Assembly (NCBI GenBank): GCA_963677925.2
Contig: CAXXYH010000003.1
Coordinates: 864,001 to 928,000, forward strand
Length of the DNA: 64,000 nt
DNA from: Spirochaetia bacterium
Lineage (GTDB): Bacteria; Spirochaetota; Spirochaetia; UBA9216
Direction of reading: 5' to 3'
The notes beneath the pieces are model-generated. The model saw nothing but the letters and a program-made list of their open reading frames with translations. It was not told the DNA's origin and did no database searches. This document shows, piece after piece, positions 60,565 to 64,000 of this stretch. Positions within the stretch are counted from its first letter, which is position 1; the number at the start of each line of letters is the position of its first letter. The position numbers and the translations under genes were made by a program.

Positions 60565-61377
60565 TTGAGAAGAATTTTCAGCCTTATACAGAAATTTAAG
60601 TCAGAACATCCCGGGTTATATTCTGCAGCAATCTTTATCATTTTAAGCGCTCTTCTTGTATTCATCCTGCTGCCGGGAATAAATAACCTTAATTACAGAT
60701 GGCAGTGGTACCGGATTGATGACTACATCATTAAAACCGACATTTCAGGTATCCATCCAGGGCCTCTTCTACAGGGACTAGGCATCACAATATTGATATC
60801 AGCAGCATCGCTTGTTCTTGCTGTTATATTCGGTTTTATTTCAGCACTGTTCAGACTTTCAGATTCCTTTACAGCACGAATAAGTTCAAGAATCTACATA
60901 GAGGCTGTCAGGAATACTCCGCTGCTTATTCAGCTTTTTATGATGTATTTTGTTGTAGCCCCGGTCCTTGGAATGGACCGTATCTTCACTGCAGTTCTGA
61001 CGCTCAGCCTCTTTGAAGGCGCCTACACATCCGAAATCATCCGCTCCGGGATACTCGCTATTGAAAAAGGTCAGTGGGAAGCCGGGTACAGCCTGGCAAT
61101 GACAAAGACTTCGGTTTACCGGTATATAATTCTGCCCCAGACTATTCCAAAAATTATGCCTGTAATTGCCGGACAGCTCATATCGCTAATTAAAGATTCA
61201 GCACTTGTTTCAACGATAGCAATATATGAACTTACAATGCAGGGACAGGTGATAATAGCAGAAACTTTCCTCACTTTCGAGATTTGGTTTACTGTAGCCG
61301 CCGGATATCTTATATTGAATACAGGGCTTTCGCTCTTATTGAAAAAGTTCGAGAAACAAATTGGAGGATTTAAATGA
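60565..61377 (+). CDS. Polar amino-acid ABC transporter permease
   Basis: RNTPLLIQL, AYTSEIIRSG, GQWEAG, ILPQ, LIKDSAL; start uncertain. Confidence 0.9.
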   Translation: MRRIFSLIQKFKSEHPGLYSAAIFIILSALLVFILLPGINNLNYRWQWYRIDDYIIKTDISGIHPGPLLQGLGITILISAASLVLAVIFGFISALFRLSDSFTARISSRIYIEAVRNTPLLIQLFMMYFVVAPVLGMDRIFTAVLTLSLFEGAYTSEIIRSGILAIEKGQWEAGYSLAMTKTSVYRYIILPQTIPKIMPVIAGQLISLIKDSALVSTIAIYELTMQGQVIIAETFLTFEIWFTVAAGYLILNTGLSLLLKKFEKQIGGFK

Positions 61378-62234
61378 AAATTCAGAAATTTAAAACGCTT
61401 CCGTTACTGCTTCTTTTAACTGTAGTAATCATATTTTCAGGCTGCTCAAAGAGTTCAGACGAAGGCACATCATCCGCCGCCGAAGCACAAACTGACCAGC
61501 TTGAACAGATCCTCAGGGAAGGGACCCTTAAAGTAGGTCTTTCAACCTTTGTGCCATGGGCAATGCTGGACAAAAGCGGTGAGCTTGTAGGATTTGAGGT
61601 TGATGTAGCCAAAAAACTGGCTGAAGATATCGGTGTAGAAATTGAGTTCATACAGACAAAGTGGTCGGGAATCATCCCCGCCCTGCTTACGGGTAAATTT
61701 GACATCATAATCGGCGGTATGTCGGTTACACCGGAAAGAAATATATCAGTCAACTTTACAGATGCATACGAATACAGCGGACAGTCCATTGTGGCTAACC
61801 TTGAAACTGCCGGAGGGCTGACCTCGCTCGATGATTTTAATAACAAGGACATCGTTATTGCCGTCAGAACCGGAAGTACCGGAGCAACAGCGGCAAAACA
61901 GTTTATGCCTGAAGCCCAATTACGCATGTTCGACGACGAACCCCAGGGCATTCAGGAGCTTATTAACGGCAGAGTTGACGCCTGGGTATCCGCCTTCCCT
62001 TTTCCGCAGCTCCAGGCAGAGAAGTATCCGGATAAACTTTATATCCCGATTGACCCTGAAATATTCAGAAACGAACCCATTGCCTTCGCCGTTCGAAAGG
62101 GAGAGCATGATTTCATGAACTTCCTGAATAACTGGATTGCACTCAAGTGGGCTGACGGCTTTCTTGATGAACGCTACAGATACTGGTTCATGTCGGACGA
62201 ATGGGCTGACCAGGTTGATGTTTCAGCGGAATAA
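61374..62234 (+). CDS. Polar amino-acid ABC substrate-binding lipoprotein
   Basis: FSGC lipobox, GFEVD, GKFDIIIGGMSVTPER, GSTG. Confidence 0.92.
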   Translation: MKIQKFKTLPLLLLLTVVIIFSGCSKSSDEGTSSAAEAQTDQLEQILREGTLKVGLSTFVPWAMLDKSGELVGFEVDVAKKLAEDIGVEIEFIQTKWSGIIPALLTGKFDIIIGGMSVTPERNISVNFTDAYEYSGQSIVANLETAGGLTSLDDFNNKDIVIAVRTGSTGATAAKQFMPEAQLRMFDDEPQGIQELINGRVDAWVSAFPFPQLQAEKYPDKLYIPIDPEIFRNEPIAFAVRKGEHDFMNFLNNWIALKWADGFLDERYRYWFMSDEWADQVDVSAE

Positions 62235-62239
62235 TTCTA

Positions 62240-63133
62240 TTGAGACATCATACGGACAAAAAGTACAAAATAAAACCGCTTGATTTTATACTGACGGGCC
62301 TGATTATTTCAGGCCTTGTTTTTATATTCTTAAGGATCAGGCTGAACCTCAGATATGAATGGGCCTGGAATATCATTCCAAAATATATTCTTAAAAACAA
62401 TCCGGAAACAGGAAGAATTATACCTGCTGTAATTCTCCAGGGCCTGTTCCTTACGGTCAAACTGAGTATCTGGGGAATACTCTCCGGGCTTCTTATAGGT
62501 ACAGTATTCGGAATAGCCGGTTCAGGAAAGAACCTCTTCGGCAGAATAATAAGACATATTTATGTAGGCTTCGTCCGCAATATCCCCCCCATTGTTCTTG
62601 TATTTATTTTCTATTTCTTTTTCAGCAGTCAGATTCTTGACAATCTCGGTATAGAGAAAGCTCTGAAAGCAGCAAATCCGCGGGTGATAAAACTTGTAAC
62701 GATAGTTTTTATAAAACCTTCACTTTTAACCGAATTCTTCTCGGCAGCGCTCAGCCTTGCAATCTATGAGGGAGCTTATATCACCGAGATTATCAGAGCC
62801 GGTATTGAATCAGTTCCGAAAGGTCAGATTGAAGCTGCAAAGGCCCTGGGAATGTCTCCGCTGTCCAGACTCAGACACATCATACTGCCGCAGGCTGTAA
62901 CTCAGATGCTCCCGCCTCTTTCAGGACAGTTTATTTCAACGATTAAGGATTCCGCCATTGTATCAGTCATTTCCATACCTGAACTTACATTTCAGGGCCT
63001 TCAGGTCATGGCATCTACATATGCAACCTTCGAAATATGGATTGTAATCACCCTTATTTACCTGGTTCTCACAGGAGGCTGTTCGCTGATATTTGAAAGA
63101 ATATTTTCAGGCCGTAAGGCTGCAGGAAGATAA
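62240..63133 (+). CDS. Polar amino-acid ABC transporter permease
   Basis: RNIPP, AYITEIIRAG, GQIEAAKALG, ILPQA, IKDSA. Confidence 0.92.
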   Translation: MRHHTDKKYKIKPLDFILTGLIISGLVFIFLRIRLNLRYEWAWNIIPKYILKNNPETGRIIPAVILQGLFLTVKLSIWGILSGLLIGTVFGIAGSGKNLFGRIIRHIYVGFVRNIPPIVLVFIFYFFFSSQILDNLGIEKALKAANPRVIKLVTIVFIKPSLLTEFFSAALSLAIYEGAYITEIIRAGIESVPKGQIEAAKALGMSPLSRLRHIILPQAVTQMLPPLSGQFISTIKDSAIVSVISIPELTFQGLQVMASTYATFEIWIVITLIYLVLTGGCSLIFERIFSGRKAAGR

Positions 63134-63139
63134 GGACAT

Positions 63140-63167
63140 AAAAAAAGGACTGTATGCAACAGTCCTT
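63140..63167 (-). terminator. Intrinsic terminator, probably bidirectional
   Basis: AAGGACTGT-ATGCA-ACAGTCCTT flanked by an A run. Confidence 0.65.
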
Positions 63168-63202
63168 CTGTTTAAAAAGCCGTAAAAACGGCATGATAAA
63201 AA

Positions 63203-63373
63203 TTAGTCAGCAAGAATAGCGTCAACAGGACAAACATCGGCACATGCGCCACAGCTGGTACATGTTTCCGGATCAATCCATCTTAAACCATCTTTTTCGC
63301 TGATTGCTTCCATCGGGCATTCTGCTTCGCAGGCGCCGCAATTTGTGCATTCTTCAGTAATCTTGTAGGCCAT
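63203..63373 (-). CDS. 2[4Fe-4S] clostridial-type ferredoxin
   Basis: [20 protein letters not shown]...[12 protein letters not shown]; GGAGG RBS; promoter TTGACA-17-TATTAT at 63433-63405. Confidence 0.93.
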   Translation of the reverse strand: MAYKITEECTNCGACEAECPMEAISEKDGLRWIDPETCTSCGACADVCPVDAILAD

Positions 63374-63465
63374 CTGATGTCCCTCCAATAGTGATTATGC
63401 CAGAATAATAATATCCAACACTTCCCATGTCAACCAATACAGGAAAAGAATTGGATATCATACGA

Positions 63466-63555
63466 TTATTTCTTCTTGTGTCTGTTCTTTCTCAGTTTCT
63501 TCTTTCTTTTATGTGTGGCTATCTTATGCCTTTTTCTTTTACGTCCGCAGGGCAC
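63466..63555 (-). CDS. 29-aa basic small ribosomal protein bS22-like (AURKAIP1/COX24 family), absent from the ORF track
   Basis: AAGGAG-6 nt-GTG; translates to MPCGRKRKRHKIATHKRKKKLRKNRHKKK then TAA. Confidence 0.88.
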   Translation of the reverse strand: MPCGRKRKRHKIATHKRKKKLRKNRHKKK

Positions 63556-63692
63556 TGTAAGCTCCTTAATAATGATTTACAAATTAGTACCTGATTATGC
63601 CAGAACTCAATAAAGTTTTCAAGTACTAATATGCTTATACAGAAGAATAGGAGCCCCGGTTCCATCAAGGAACTGCAGACGGCTCCATCAGT

Positions 63693-63998
63693 TTATTTTA
63701 TATCCAATTCCGTCGAAATGGAATCTGCAACAATTCTTCCTTCGTATACTGCACTTCCTACCTGCGATCCGGATCCTGAATATGTTCCGTAGAATATATT
63801 TCCGCAGATCAATTCTCCGGCACCATAAAGATTTTCTATGGGAAGCCCGTCCTCATTTAAGATCTTACAGTCTTCGTCCGTTTTCAATCCTGCAAGGCTG
63901 AATGAAGTTACAGCGTAGGTCTTAACAGCATAATAGGGAGCCTTTAGAACCGGAGCAAGCGCGCTGTTTGGAACTCCGAAGTCGGGATCATCAATACC
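63693..63998 (-). CDS. FAD-binding oxidoreductase (fumarate reductase flavoprotein-like), C-terminal part
   Basis: DPDFG..APYYAV...SLAGLKTD...IENLYGAGE..G..Y.GSG....A...GR; 5' end outside window. Confidence 0.8.
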   Translation of the reverse strand, partial: GIDDPDFGVPNSALAPVLKAPYYAVKTYAVTSFSLAGLKTDEDCKILNEDGLPIENLYGAGELICGNIFYGTYSGSGSQVGSAVYEGRIVADSISTELDIK

Positions 63999-64000
63999 TG

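Noticed and set aside
876-62460. Many antisense or alternate-frame ORFs (e.g. 876-1421, 32155-32727, 56649-57560, 61382-61951)
   Set aside because: Shadows of well-supported genes, with no motifs or RBS
1-64000. CRISPR arrays, tRNA/rRNA, transposases, integrases, prophage genes
   Set aside because: None recognised; the largest intergenic gaps are under 400 bp and lack regularly spaced repeats or cloverleaf signatures

Overview
Ordinary-density chromosomal window with about 55 CDS and no tRNA, rRNA, IS, prophage or CRISPR array seen. It is probably from a free-living anaerobic spirochaete; this is an inference from the spirochaete-like lipoboxes, eukaryote-type hexokinase, HcpR-type box and MPCGRKRK-type small ribosomal protein. 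Housekeeping genes (ftsH end, fumC, aroKC, serS, pncB, proS, leuB, pyk) surround several accessory modules. (1) An NrdR-boxed class III ribonucleotide reductase operon whose NrdD is split: the glycyl-radical domain is a separate small protein fused to a CPNC thioredoxin-like domain, and both halves carry complementary coiled-coil ends. (2) A mercury-methylation locus, marR-hgcA-hgcB, abutting arsC. (3) A 7 kb ADP-ribose/post-translational-modification eraser cluster: deacetylase, ADP-ribosylglycohydrolase and DUF1152, then an NrtR box, tandem-GGDEF cyclase, NrtR, a second glycohydrolase and a CX5R phosphatase. (4) hcp with an HcpR-type box. (5) A sigma54-driven ato-like acetoacetate cluster. 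Also found: a 29-aa bS22-like ORF missed by the ORF track, two candidate structured RNAs and many apparently leaderless genes. All calls come from motif recognition by eye; no database search was run.
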